Shown: in pieces, positions 8,128-17,901 of the stretch
Layout: the number at the start of each line of letters is the position of its first letter
Position numbering within the stretch: the first letter of the stretch is position 1
Assembly (NCBI GenBank): GCA_965223705.1
Contig: OZ245015.1
Coordinates: forward strand, 1,312,001 to 1,376,000
Direction: 5' to 3'
DNA: 64,000 nucleotides
Source of the DNA: Myxococcota bacterium
Lineage (GTDB): Bacteria > Myxococcota_A > UBA9160 > UBA6930
Made by a program: the position numbers and the translations under genes
Notes under the pieces: generated by a model
Databases searched by the model: none
The model's input: only the letters and a program-made list of their open reading frames with translations
Told to the model about the DNA's origin: nothing

Positions 8128-10539
8128 ATGCCGATTCGCTCTCCGGGAGATCGTCAGGGATGGGTAGGGCGCGACGTCCGGCGTCGTCGCGACCCCGAGA
8201 TTCTGTCCGGGCGAGGCACGTACATCGACGACGTGAAACTGCCCGGCATGCTGCACGCCGCGGTCGTGCGCAGCCCGTTCGCTCACGCGCGCATTCTCTC
8301 GGTCAACACGGAGGTCGCCCGCAACAAGCCCGGCGTGGTGGCGGTCCTCTCCGGCAAGGAAGTCGCCGAGTTCGTGGGACCGAACGCGGCTTTTTGCGCG
8401 GAGCCCGTGCCCCAGCACGCCGTCGCGATCGACAAAGTGCGGTTCGCTGGGGAAGCGGTGGCGCTGGTCGCGGCGACCAGTCGCTACATCGCGGAAGACG
8501 CTTGCCAAGAGATCGACGTCGACTACGAACCGCTCGATCCCGTAGCCGACGCGGCGACGGGGATGTCGGCCGACGCACCTCGCGTGCACGATACGCTCGC
8601 GAGCAACGTCGTTTTCGAGCGCCGCTTCCAGTTCGGGCCGGTCGACGACGACTTTGCGCGCGCGGATCGCGTCATCCGTCGCCGTTTGCGCTGGCATCGA
8701 ATGAGTGCGCAGCCCCTCGAGACCGGCGGCGCCGTCGCGGCGTTCGAGCCGGCGACCGGCCAGATGGAAATCTGGTCGAACACCAACATGTACAACTTCA
8801 TTCCCTGGGTCTACGCGGAGATGCTCGGGGTCCCGAATCACCAACTCACGATGCACCCGACGCTCGTGGGCGGCAGTTTCGGGAGCAAGCACATCCTCTC
8901 GAAGTGCGTCGTCTTCGCGGGGGCGCTCTCGAAAGCCACCGGACGACCGGTGAAATTTGTCGAGGACCGCGTCGACAACTTGTTGGCCTGCGACAACGTC
9001 GGCCCGGATCGCGTCTACGACGCCGAACTCGCCGTGATGAACGACGGAGAGTTCATCGGCTTGAAGCTCCACATTGTCGACGACTACGGCGCCTATTTCC
9101 GCTTTGCCCACGGCCCCCACGGCAATGCCATGGCCCAGCCGGTAGGTCCCTACCGGATCGGGAGCCTCGAATACGATCTCAAGTGCGTCTTGACGAACAA
9201 AGATCAGCAAGGGTTCTTCCGCGGAGCGGGGGCCGACCCGGGGAACTTCGCGATCGAACGCCTGGCCGACGCGGCGGCGGCGGAGCTTGACATCGATCGC
9301 GTCGCGATTCGTCGACGCAATTTCATCGCGCCCGACGAGTTCCCGTACAAGATCCCGACGGGCAACATCTACGACAGCGGCAACTACGACCGGGTTCTCG
9401 ATATCGCGCTCGAAAAAGCCGATCTCGAGTCGCTGCGCGCCGAGCAGCAGCGTCTACGGGAGGAGGGTCGCTACATCGGGATCGGCCTCGCGAGTTGCCA
9501 AGAACGCAGCGCGTACAGTGCGACCGAGTGGTGGTTCCTGTACGACAAGCCGCCTTTTCCGCTGACTTCGACGCCCGAGAGCCTGCGCTTGCACATCGAC
9601 GCGACGGGCGGCTTTATCGCGACCGTCGGCTCACCGTTCTGGGGGCAGAGTGCGGACACGGTCGTGACCCAAGTGATTGCCGACGAGTTCGGGATCCGCC
9701 CCGAAGACGTGTCCGTCGAACACGGAACGTCCCGCTCGGGGCTGCTGTCCGCGGGCCCTGGGGGCAGCCGTCTCACGGTGATGCTGGCCGGCGCGGCGGT
9801 TGGCGCTTCGGAGAAGCTCAAACAAAAACTGTTGCGCATCGCGAGCCACACCATGGAGCGCCCCGAGGAAGAGCTCGAGGTCCGCGACGGTTCCGTGCGG
9901 CGCAAGGACGGCGTCGGTGCGCTCTCCATCGCCGATCTCGCGATGAAGGCGCACCTCTTCCAGCTCGACCTGCCCGAGGGAGAAGAGGGTGGGCTTTCCG
10001 CCACCCACAACTACGCGCATCCCTATGCGACGGCGCCGAACGAGGATCGGACCGACCTCGGGAGCTTCTACCCGATCATGTCCCATGCCTGTCACGTGCC
10101 GATCGTCGAAGTCGACGTTGAGACGGGGCACATCGAGGTCATCCGCTACGTCGCGGTGCACGATTCGGGTACGGTCGTGAGCCCCAAAGGTCTCGACGGC
10201 CAAGTCGTCGGCGGAATCGCCCAGGGGATCGGTGCGGCGCTACTCGAAGAATGCGTGTTCGACGACGAAGCGCAGATGCTCACCGCGACTTACGGCGAAT
10301 ACCTCCTGCCGTCGATCCACGAGGTTCCGGATATCGAGGTCTATCACCACGAGACGCCGTCTCCCTTTACCGAGTTCGGTGTGAAGGGGGCGGGAGAAGG
10401 CGGTCGCCTCGTCGCCCCGACGGCGATCGCTTCAGCCATCGAAGACGCGCTCGCTCCTTTCGGCGTCTCGATCGACGAGTTGCCAATGACACCCGAGCGC
10501 GTGTTGACGCTCATCGATGAAAAGCGAGGCCGGGCGTGA
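8128..10539 (+). CDS. Molybdopterin-binding large subunit, xanthine dehydrogenase family (CoxL-like, not form I)
   Basis: RSPFAHARI, VGGSFGSK, active-site loop FFRGAGA, GQVVGGIAQGIG, KGAGEGG. Confidence 0.92.
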   Translation: MPIRSPGDRQGWVGRDVRRRRDPEILSGRGTYIDDVKLPGMLHAAVVRSPFAHARILSVNTEVARNKPGVVAVLSGKEVAEFVGPNAAFCAEPVPQHAVAIDKVRFAGEAVALVAATSRYIAEDACQEIDVDYEPLDPVADAATGMSADAPRVHDTLASNVVFERRFQFGPVDDDFARADRVIRRRLRWHRMSAQPLETGGAVAAFEPATGQMEIWSNTNMYNFIPWVYAEMLGVPNHQLTMHPTLVGGSFGSKHILSKCVVFAGALSKATGRPVKFVEDRVDNLLACDNVGPDRVYDAELAVMNDGEFIGLKLHIVDDYGAYFRFAHGPHGNAMAQPVGPYRIGSLEYDLKCVLTNKDQQGFFRGAGADPGNFAIERLADAAAAELDIDRVAIRRRNFIAPDEFPYKIPTGNIYDSGNYDRVLDIALEKADLESLRAEQQRLREEGRYIGIGLASCQERSAYSATEWWFLYDKPPFPLTSTPESLRLHIDATGGFIATVGSPFWGQSADTVVTQVIADEFGIRPEDVSVEHGTSRSGLLSAGPGGSRLTVMLAGAAVGASEKLKQKLLRIASHTMERPEEELEVRDGSVRRKDGVGALSIADLAMKAHLFQLDLPEGEEGGLSATHNYAHPYATAPNEDRTDLGSFYPIMSHACHVPIVEVDVETGHIEVIRYVAVHDSGTVVSPKGLDGQVVGGIAQGIGAALLEECVFDDEAQMLTATYGEYLLPSIHEVPDIEVYHHETPSPFTEFGVKGAGEGGRLVAPTAIASAIEDALAPFGVSIDELPMTPERVLTLIDEKRGRA

Positions 10540-11108
10540 AGTTCAGTCAGGATTTTATCGTTGCGGCTCCGCTCGAGCGGGTCTGGGCCCTGTTTCAAGA
10601 CGTACCCGAGGTGGTCGAATGTCTGCCCGGCGCGACGCTGACCGAGGCGCTCGGCGACGACCGTTTTAAAGGCGACGTCGCGGTGAAGCTCGGCCCCGTC
10701 GCCGCGCGTTTCGAAGGCGTTGCGGAGCACACGGCCGATGAAAGTGCACGTTCCGGCGTGATCCAAGGCAAGGGAACGGACAAGAAGGGCGGCAGCCGAA
10801 CCCAGGCGACCATCGGTTACCGGCTCGAAGAAGCGCCCGAAGGGACGAAGGTCACCGTCGATTCCGACATCACCTTGTCGGGGCGGGCGGCGCAGTTCGG
10901 TCGCCCGGGCCTGATCCGAGAGATGACGGGGCGGATCATTCAGGACTTCGGAAAAAATTTGGAGAGCAAGCTCGCCGAAGGCGACGCGCCGCAGGAAGAC
11001 GCGGGCTCGCCACCCGCCGAAGCAGCGCCTCGGCAAGAGGTGTCGGGCTTCTCACTGCTCTTCGCGAGTCTGTTGAATATGCTGAAACGCTGGTTGCGCG
11101 GCGGCTAG
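10536..11108 (+). CDS. SRPBCC/CoxG-like accessory protein with C-terminal membrane anchor
   Basis: VVECLPGA, VKLGP, LSGRAAQFGRPG; hydrophobic/basic tail. Confidence 0.88.
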   Translation: MKFSQDFIVAAPLERVWALFQDVPEVVECLPGATLTEALGDDRFKGDVAVKLGPVAARFEGVAEHTADESARSGVIQGKGTDKKGGSRTQATIGYRLEEAPEGTKVTVDSDITLSGRAAQFGRPGLIREMTGRIIQDFGKNLESKLAEGDAPQEDAGSPPAEAAPRQEVSGFSLLFASLLNMLKRWLRGG

Positions 11109-11977
11109 CCGGGCTCGCGCACGGTGAGGACCGAGCAGGGGGCGTGCCGCAGCACGCGCTCGGCGACGCCGCCCAGCAACCGTTGCGTCAGTCCCGAGTG
11201 ACCGTGCGAACCGACGACGATGAGATCGGCGTGATCTCGTTCTGCGGCGTCGCAAAGTGCGGCGTGGGGCGGCTCTGCGAGCACGGCCGTCGATAGCTCG
11301 ACCCCCGGCGCGAGCTCGCGGGCCATCCTTTCGAGCTCCCGTTCCGCGGTTTCAAAAGCCGACTCGATCACCGCGTCCGGCAACACGACTTCGTAGGGAG
11401 TGACGAACGGAACGGGTGCATGGAGGGCGTGCACGAGCTCGAGCTTCGCGTCGAATTCCTTCGCGAGCTCCGCCCCGACCCCGACCGCGCGGTCGGAATG
11501 ACGCGAGAGGTCGGCGCCGACCAGGATGTGATGCGGCTTGCGCTCCGATCGAGCCGTCAAGACCGCACACGGCGCTTCGCGCACGGTGCGTTCCGCGACA
11601 CTGCCCAAGATGGCGTGGCGCCAGCCACCGTGACCGTGGCTGCCGATCACGATCCAATCGGCCGAGCGCTCCCGCGCTTCTTCGGCCAGCACCGTCGCGG
11701 CGGCACCGATGATCACCTGGGCTTCGATGGGGACACCCCGATCGGCAACCGACGCCACTTCTTCCGCCAAGCGGGTCTCTGCGGTCTTTTTCGCGGTTTC
11801 CGTCCAGTCCGGAGGCACCGTCACCGCGTACGGCTCGAAGAAGGGAACGGTGGAGTCGAGTGCGTGGATCAATTCGATGCGCGATTCGAATTCGAGCGCC
11901 AGCTCGACCGCCAACTGCAACGCGCGCTCCGCGTGGGGAGAGAAATCCGTTCCAACGAGCAAGAGGCGCGGTCGCAT
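11105..11977 (-). CDS. Universal stress protein with two tandem USP domains
   Basis: VGTDFS...GSHGHGG..LGSVAE and VGADLS...GSHGHSG..LGGVAERV. Confidence 0.92.
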   Translation of the reverse strand: MRPRLLLVGTDFSPHAERALQLAVELALEFESRIELIHALDSTVPFFEPYAVTVPPDWTETAKKTAETRLAEEVASVADRGVPIEAQVIIGAAATVLAEEARERSADWIVIGSHGHGGWRHAILGSVAERTVREAPCAVLTARSERKPHHILVGADLSRHSDRAVGVGAELAKEFDAKLELVHALHAPVPFVTPYEVVLPDAVIESAFETAERELERMARELAPGVELSTAVLAEPPHAALCDAAERDHADLIVVGSHGHSGLTQRLLGGVAERVLRHAPCSVLTVREPG

Positions 11978-12044
11978 GGCGGGCTCCTCGCGTTTCGGGT
12001 TCTACCGGCGATGGTATTGTTCCCCGCGGAAGTACGGAACGTCT

Positions 12045-12962
12045 ATGAAAATTGCCATTGTCGGAACCGGAGCCATGGGATCCGTCTACGCGGGCTTGCT
12101 CGCAGACGCCGGCCACGATGTGTGGGCGATCGATACGTGGCGCGAGCACGTCGATGCCATGGCGGCGAAAGGTCTTCGCGTCGAGGGGGCGAGCGGTGAT
12201 CGAACGGTTGCCCTAAACGCGACGACCGATTTCTCCGAGCCGGGCGAGTGCGATCTCGTCGTGATCGCGACGAAAGCGTACGACGTCGAATCGGCGGCGA
12301 AAAAGAGCCGGTCGCTGGTCGGGCCCGAGACGCTCGTGCTCAGTATCCAAAACGGGTTGGGTAGCCCGGAACGCGTCGCGGAAATCCTCGGCGAAGAGCG
12401 CGTGGGGATCGGCGTTGTCGGGGGATTCGGCGCGTCGATTCCGAAGCCCGGCCATGTGCACCACAACGGCATGGAGCTCGTGCGCTTGGGCGAGCTCGCC
12501 GGCGGAGTCACGCCGCGCATCGAAGCGATGGCGGCTCTGTGGGAAGGCGCGGGTTTCTCGGTCCGGGCGTTCGAGAACCCCCATCAGCTGATCTGGGAAA
12601 AGCTCATCTGCAACGTCTGCTACAGCGGCCCGTGCGCTCTCACCGGGAAAACCATCGCCGAAGTCCAGGCGTGCGCCGACACGTGGCGCGTCGCCTCGGT
12701 CTGTGCGACCGAGGCCTTCGCCGTCGCGCGCGCTCGAGGAATCCCCGTCGAGATCGACGATCCCGTCCGCTACGTGCGCGATTTCGGCGCGAAGATTCCC
12801 GACGCGAAACCCTCGATGCTCCTCGACCATCTCGCGGGCCGGCGCTCCGAGATCGACGCCATCAACGGCGCCATCCCCGGCGCGGCGAAGAGCGTCGGGC
12901 TCGAGGCGCCGTACAACGAAGTCGTGAGCGCACTCGTCCGGGCGAAAGAGCGCACGTTCTAG
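12045..12962 (+). CDS. panE: 2-dehydropantoate 2-reductase (ketopantoate reductase family)
   Basis: MKIAIVGTGAMGS, ATKAYD, QNGLG, WEKLICN, PSMLLD..RRSEIDAINGAI. Confidence 0.88.
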   Translation: MKIAIVGTGAMGSVYAGLLADAGHDVWAIDTWREHVDAMAAKGLRVEGASGDRTVALNATTDFSEPGECDLVVIATKAYDVESAAKKSRSLVGPETLVLSIQNGLGSPERVAEILGEERVGIGVVGGFGASIPKPGHVHHNGMELVRLGELAGGVTPRIEAMAALWEGAGFSVRAFENPHQLIWEKLICNVCYSGPCALTGKTIAEVQACADTWRVASVCATEAFAVARARGIPVEIDDPVRYVRDFGAKIPDAKPSMLLDHLAGRRSEIDAINGAIPGAAKSVGLEAPYNEVVSALVRAKERTF

Positions 12963-13047
12963 ACGAAGCGGCTTTTGTGATCCCGGTACCGGCCCCGCGT
13001 CCGTCCACCGACCGATAGGGAGGAGACCTCGGTAAGGAGGATCTCCC

Positions 13048-13842
13048 GTGGATCGATCGTTTGCGCTCGCGCGAGCGGCGATTCGGGTCGCGTGTTTCGT
13101 GCTCGCGACGACGAACGCGCACGCCGTGACGATTCAGGCGACCTTTCAGGACAGCATGAGCCACACGTGGACCGAGCTGCAGAAAGGCACGGTTCGGGCG
13201 GCCATCGCGTCTTGGGAATCGCTACTCGGCGCGCACCGGCCGAGCGGTCTCCATCCCACGGTCGCTGCCACGTTCACGTTCGAGGATCTCGGCGGGGCCC
13301 TCGGCGAGTGGCGCGGGAACGGGTTACCGAGCCGCGGCGACGATCTCTTCCCGTGGACATCGGCACTGCACCACACCGTTGCCATGAACGGCCAGCGCTT
13401 GTGGCAAATCTATTTCGACGACGACACCCGCACGATGGACGTTCCGTCGAACCAGTACGACGCGTATTCGATTTGGCTCCACGAGATCGGACACCTGCTC
13501 GGCTTTGTCGACAGCTTTTATGTCGACGATTTCGATACAGCCACCGAGCGCGACAAATGGGGCGACCTCATCGTCGGCAGTACCTTCGATCCGGGCGGCC
13601 TCTCGGTTCAACTGCAGGCCGATCGAGGGCATCTGTCCGGCACCGATCCGACGACCCGGGAACTCCTCCTCGCTCCGAGTCTCAACTGGATGGAACGGCG
13701 TGAGGTCAGCGAAGTCGAGTTGCGGATGCTGGAAAAAGCCTACGGGTACCAGGTGACCCCGGAGCCCGGCACCGCCGTTTTATTGGGACTCGGATTGCTG
13801 ATTTTGGGTCGTCCGTCACAGAGTCGACCCATTCGCTCGTAG
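13048..13842 (+). CDS. PEP-CTERM-anchored putative zinc metallopeptidase
   Basis: Signal peptide (AHA), HEIGHLLG, C-terminal TPEPGTAVLLGLGLLILGR. Confidence 0.8.
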   Translation: MDRSFALARAAIRVACFVLATTNAHAVTIQATFQDSMSHTWTELQKGTVRAAIASWESLLGAHRPSGLHPTVAATFTFEDLGGALGEWRGNGLPSRGDDLFPWTSALHHTVAMNGQRLWQIYFDDDTRTMDVPSNQYDAYSIWLHEIGHLLGFVDSFYVDDFDTATERDKWGDLIVGSTFDPGGLSVQLQADRGHLSGTDPTTRELLLAPSLNWMERREVSEVELRMLEKAYGYQVTPEPGTAVLLGLGLLILGRPSQSRPIRS

Positions 13843-13918
13843 ATGATCCACGCAGGGGAACTCGGGCAGGGCGTCCGGTTTCTCAGTCAGAGAAAGCTTC
13901 AGCATCCTTTCTCGTATT

Positions 13919-13953
13919 GGCCCCGGCAGTGCCTTGCACTCACTGTCGGGGCC
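13919..13953. terminator. Hairpin between convergent PEP-CTERM genes, possible bidirectional terminator
   Basis: GGCCCCGGCAGTG (13919-13931) pairs with CACTGTCGGGGCC (13941-13953), one G-U pair; no clear U-tract. Confidence 0.55.
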
Positions 13954-13962
13954 CTTGCTTAG

Positions 13963-14898
13963 CTAGCGCCGCCGGCGCCTGAGGAACAACAAGCCCGCGA
14001 GCAACAGGCTCGCCGTTCCGGGTTCCGGCACGATCGTGAAGCCCAGGTCGCGGAAGATTCCCATCTCGATCGGGCTCAGCGAGCGCGCTGCCGGGCCGGC
14101 CAACACACTGGATTCCATGAGGAAGGCGTCGCCGGTGAAGAAATCGTCATCGAGGTGGCCGCCGCTGCTGCCGTCTTCCCAGGGGTTCGGCGAATAGAGC
14201 GGGACCGGGTTGCCGCCATTCGCCGCCATGGCGTTCGGACCGTAGAAGAGCAGCCCGGAATTGCCGGCGCCACCGACGGAAGCGGCATTCCAAGCCGCCT
14301 GGTTGAGCACAAAGGTCGCCGGATCGATCAGGACACCGGTGTTATCCCCGACAAACTCGTCGAAGGGCACCCATGCGTTGGCGTTGATGCCCGCGAAGAT
14401 GCTGTCGCCGGTCTGTCCGATGCCGCTCAGGAACCCCACGGCGTGGGCGAGCTCGTGAATGATCGTCGACTTGAAGTCGAAGGCGTTCGACGCGACGACG
14501 TCGTCGAAATCCCAGTTGTGGAAGAAGTTGACGTCGAGCGAGCCGTCGGCAGCGGCTCCGTTGGCATCCGCCCCGCCGAGAATCTTCGTGCCGGGGATAC
14601 CGCGATTGCTGAAACCCGACGGGAACGTCCCGACAAACTCGGGACCGGCGCTTGCGAGCCCGCCGTTCATGTCGTTTGAGCTGGTGACGTCGATCTGCAC
14701 CGTCGCCGTGTGGTCGAAATACGCGCCGAGAATCGCCGCGGCATCGTCCAAAGCCTGCTGGGCTTCCGTGCTGAAACCCATATCCGTGTAGTTGAACTGG
14801 AAGGTCACGACGGCTTGCGCGGAAGTTGCGCCGACGCTGCACGCCACCGCCGCCGCGGCGAAAAAGCACAGAAGTCGCGAGGGTTTAGTCGGGCGCAT
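13963..14898 (-). CDS. PEP-CTERM-anchored putative zinc metallopeptidase
   Basis: Signal peptide (AQA), HELAHAVG, PNPWEDGSSGGHLD, VPEPGTASLLLAGLLFLRRRRR. Confidence 0.85.
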   Translation of the reverse strand: MRPTKPSRLLCFFAAAAVACSVGATSAQAVVTFQFNYTDMGFSTEAQQALDDAAAILGAYFDHTATVQIDVTSSNDMNGGLASAGPEFVGTFPSGFSNRGIPGTKILGGADANGAAADGSLDVNFFHNWDFDDVVASNAFDFKSTIIHELAHAVGFLSGIGQTGDSIFAGINANAWVPFDEFVGDNTGVLIDPATFVLNQAAWNAASVGGAGNSGLLFYGPNAMAANGGNPVPLYSPNPWEDGSSGGHLDDDFFTGDAFLMESSVLAGPAARSLSPIEMGIFRDLGFTIVPEPGTASLLLAGLLFLRRRRR

Positions 14899-14961
14899 GG
14901 GCGGGCTCCTAGCCGGCGATAAGTCGCCCCCTATAGTGGTTCACCCGAGGGGTTTTCGCAA

Positions 14962-15450
14962 CTAATCGCCTTCGTCGAGGGGGTGTTCCAGAAAACGCTC
15001 GTAGTCGCGATAGCCGTAGCTTTCGTAGAGGCGGAAGGCGCGGCGATTGCGGGCTAGAACGTGCAATCGAATGCGCACGGCGCCGCGCTCACGAGCGAAC
15101 GCTTCGGCGCGCTCGAGCAGAGCCCGGCCGAGGCCCGCGCCGCGCGAGGCTTCGAGGACCGCGAGATCACTCAAATAGGCGTACGGGGTTGGCGCCGTAT
15201 CGACATGCTGAGGTGTGACGCGCGCGAAGACCGCGACATACCCGACCACCTCACCCCCGTCGTCGGCCACGAAGATCCGTCCGTCGCTCTCGGCGCACTG
15301 TGCGAACAGCTGGTTGACGTAGGCCGCCGCGACCTCCGCCCCGGGCAGGAGATCCGGGTCGAGGCTTCGCTCGTGTTCCTGAAGCGCGATAAAGCACGTT
15401 TCGAGACCCGCGCGGTCGCGGGACGGATCGTAGAGACGGATCTCGGCCAC
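14962..15450 (-). CDS. GNAT family N-acetyltransferase
   Basis: LAVLEASRGAGLGRALL, NRRAFRLYESYGY. Confidence 0.88.
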   Translation of the reverse strand: MAEIRLYDPSRDRAGLETCFIALQEHERSLDPDLLPGAEVAAAYVNQLFAQCAESDGRIFVADDGGEVVGYVAVFARVTPQHVDTAPTPYAYLSDLAVLEASRGAGLGRALLERAEAFARERGAVRIRLHVLARNRRAFRLYESYGYRDYERFLEHPLDEGD

Positions 15451-15458
15451 GTCGGCCG

Positions 15459-16199
15459 TCAGTCCTCGATGGCGTAGCGGATGGTGACCACGGCCTTGAT
15501 CGATTTTTCCCGAGACGTGGTGTCATTGTGCCCGTAGTCGGAAACTTCCGTCGAGTTCGCGGGCGTAATCTGGAACACACCCTGGCGCGCGTAGCGGAGC
15601 GGCCCGACGCGACTCTCGCTCTTCTCGGCCAGGACCTCGGCTCGCCGACGTGCGTCGGCCGTCGCTTCCGCCAGCATTTCGATCTTGAGCGAGCCGAGCT
15701 CGGTGTAGAGGTATTGGGGCCGCTCGCTCGAGAACTCGATGCCTTGTTGTGCGAGCTCCGAGGCGTCTTCCGACACACGCGTGACGCCGTCGATGTCGGC
15801 CGACCGGAGCCGCACTTCTTGATGCAACGCATAGCCCTCGACGCGGTTGGTGGTGTAGCCCTTCGGTCCCCTCGCGAACAGAACTTCCGTCATCGCGGGC
15901 AGAAACGAGAATTGCTCCGCCTTGGCGCCCTGCTCGAGCAGAAAAGCCCGTACGATTTCTCGTTGCGTGGAGAGTGCGAGAGACGCGTCGCGCAACGATT
16001 CGCCGCGCGTCGTAAAGCGGCCCGTCCATTCCGCCCAGTTCGAGTCGATGCTGCGCTCGGCGAAGCCCTTCACCTCGAGAGAACGCCCCTCGCGTTTCGC
16101 GTCGAGTACGGCGGTCGAGAGCACGGTTGCGGCGAGTACGAGCCCAGCGGCCAGTGCGACGCCTTGCCCGAAAGCTCCCCACCCGCTGGCGCCGCTCAC
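15459..16199 (-). CDS. SIMPL (DUF541) domain protein
   Basis: GTG 16199 overlapping the upstream TGA; N-terminal TM, VKGFAER, LKIEMLAEATADARRRAE, ARQGVFQIT. Confidence 0.85.
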   Translation of the reverse strand: MSGASGWGAFGQGVALAAGLVLAATVLSTAVLDAKREGRSLEVKGFAERSIDSNWAEWTGRFTTRGESLRDASLALSTQREIVRAFLLEQGAKAEQFSFLPAMTEVLFARGPKGYTTNRVEGYALHQEVRLRSADIDGVTRVSEDASELAQQGIEFSSERPQYLYTELGSLKIEMLAEATADARRRAEVLAEKSESRVGPLRYARQGVFQITPANSTEVSDYGHNDTTSREKSIKAVVTIRYAIED

Positions 16200-17896
16200 T
16201 CTTCGTCCCCTCCGGCGCGCGCCTTCTTCGCACTCGCTTCGATATAGCGGCGGGAGATCGGTGAGAGATCGTCGCGCGGGATGGTGCACTCGATGAGCGC
16301 AAATTGGTGGGACGCGTGGGCCTCACGCAGCGCTTCGCGAAGCTCGCTCGCGTTCGACGCGCGCAGCCCGAGCCCGCCCCAGCCCGCCGCCATGTCCGCG
16401 TAAGGCCAGTTCGGGATCTCGAGCAGCTCCTGACGAGGCGTCACGGGACGGAAAATGCTCCAGCCCTCGTTGTTCACCAGCAGGACGATCGGGTTGAGGC
16501 CTCGCTTCGGAGCGTGAGAAATCTCGGCGCCGGTCATCTGGAAAGCGCCGTCTCCGCACAAGATGAGCGGTCTCCGGCCGGTCCCGATCTGCGCCCCGAT
16601 AGCCGCCGGGATGCCGAATCCCATCGACGCGTAGTAACCCTGGGCCATGTAGATCCCCGGCGAGGGCACCCGGATCTCGAGCCCGCCGAACAGCATGTCG
16701 CCGGCCTCCGCAATCACGTCGTAGCCCGGCGCTTCCGCCAGAAAATCATTGACGGTGACGAGCATGTCGTTGACCGAGAGGGGCTCTTCACCGGGCCGGT
16801 TTTTGCGCTCGAGGTTGTCGTGATACGTGACGCGCTCATTCCAGTGTGGGAGCGTTTCCTCTGCGAGGCCGCGCACGAAGTCACCGAGAGCGACCTCGGT
16901 GTACTGATGGAACGAGATGTTCACGCGCTCGCTCGCCGCCCAGATCGAGTGTTCTCGCGGAATTTGAGGCAGCGTTGCGCCGAGGTTCATGTCGGTGAGC
17001 TGGGTGCCGAGCGCCAGGATCAAGTCCGATGATGCGACGCGCTCCTCGATTTCGGGCGGGCTGAAGGGCCCCATGTAGATCCCCATGTGAAGCGGGTGAT
17101 CCATGGGAAAGACGCCGCGCGCCAGGACACTGGCCGAAACCGGCACACCGAGCTTTTCGGCGAGGCGGAGGAAGTCATCCTCCGCACGCTCGCGGAACAG
17201 CTCGACGCCTCCGATCAGCATGGGGCGCTTTGCTTCGCGAAGCCGGCTCGCCGCTTCTTGCACGGCTTCGGCGAGTTTGCGGTCGTCGGACACGGGACGG
17301 ATCCCGAGGTGCGTCTCGTCGCGAATGTCCCGGGGCACATCGATCTCGACATCCACCATGTCGCGATGAATTTCGAGGTAGCCCGGACGCCCCTCTCGGA
17401 GGATGGTGCCGATACTCGCGTGAATCTCGCGCGCGGCAGTCGCGGGTTCGTCGATGATCTTCGCGGTGCACGTCACTTCGTCGAAGACGCGGCACTGCCC
17501 TTCGATGTGCTTCGCCTGGTGGTGGACGCCGGCGATCTTCTGCTCGGCTTCGCCCGGACCACCCGAGACGACGAGCAGCGGCACTTGTTCGGCATAAGCG
17601 CCGGCAATCGAGTTCACGATGTTGTAGCCGCCCGCTCCGTAGGTCACGCAAACGACGCCGAGGCGTCGCGTACTGCGCGCGTAGCCGTCGGCGGCGAACC
17701 CGATCGCCGGTTCGTGGGAGAGGGTGACGATTTCGAGGTCGCGGTCTTGACCGAAGCGATGGAACAAGCCGAGGACGAGATCGCCGGGAAGTCCGAAGAG
17801 GTGCGTGACACCGAGTCTCCGCAAGTAGGCGACGAGAAAGTCCCCGAGCGACATGCGCGGAGCGAGGTCAGCGGCGCCGGCTCCCGGGTTTCCCAT
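16196..17896 (-). CDS. TPP-dependent 2-oxoacid (indolepyruvate/phenylpyruvate-type) decarboxylase
   Basis: FGLPGD, HEPAIGFAADGYAR, GVHHQ, GYYASMGFGIP, GDGAFQMTG..NNEGW; start may instead be 17854. Confidence 0.85.
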   Translation of the reverse strand: MGNPGAGAADLAPRMSLGDFLVAYLRRLGVTHLFGLPGDLVLGLFHRFGQDRDLEIVTLSHEPAIGFAADGYARSTRRLGVVCVTYGAGGYNIVNSIAGAYAEQVPLLVVSGGPGEAEQKIAGVHHQAKHIEGQCRVFDEVTCTAKIIDEPATAAREIHASIGTILREGRPGYLEIHRDMVDVEIDVPRDIRDETHLGIRPVSDDRKLAEAVQEAASRLREAKRPMLIGGVELFRERAEDDFLRLAEKLGVPVSASVLARGVFPMDHPLHMGIYMGPFSPPEIEERVASSDLILALGTQLTDMNLGATLPQIPREHSIWAASERVNISFHQYTEVALGDFVRGLAEETLPHWNERVTYHDNLERKNRPGEEPLSVNDMLVTVNDFLAEAPGYDVIAEAGDMLFGGLEIRVPSPGIYMAQGYYASMGFGIPAAIGAQIGTGRRPLILCGDGAFQMTGAEISHAPKRGLNPIVLLVNNEGWSIFRPVTPRQELLEIPNWPYADMAAGWGGLGLRASNASELREALREAHASHQFALIECTIPRDDLSPISRRYIEASAKKARAGGDEE

Positions 17897-17901
17897 GCGA
17901 A

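Noticed and set aside
8128..10539. Calling it a true aerobic CO dehydrogenase (coxL form I)
   Set aside because: It lacks the AYxCSFR motif and coxDEF are absent
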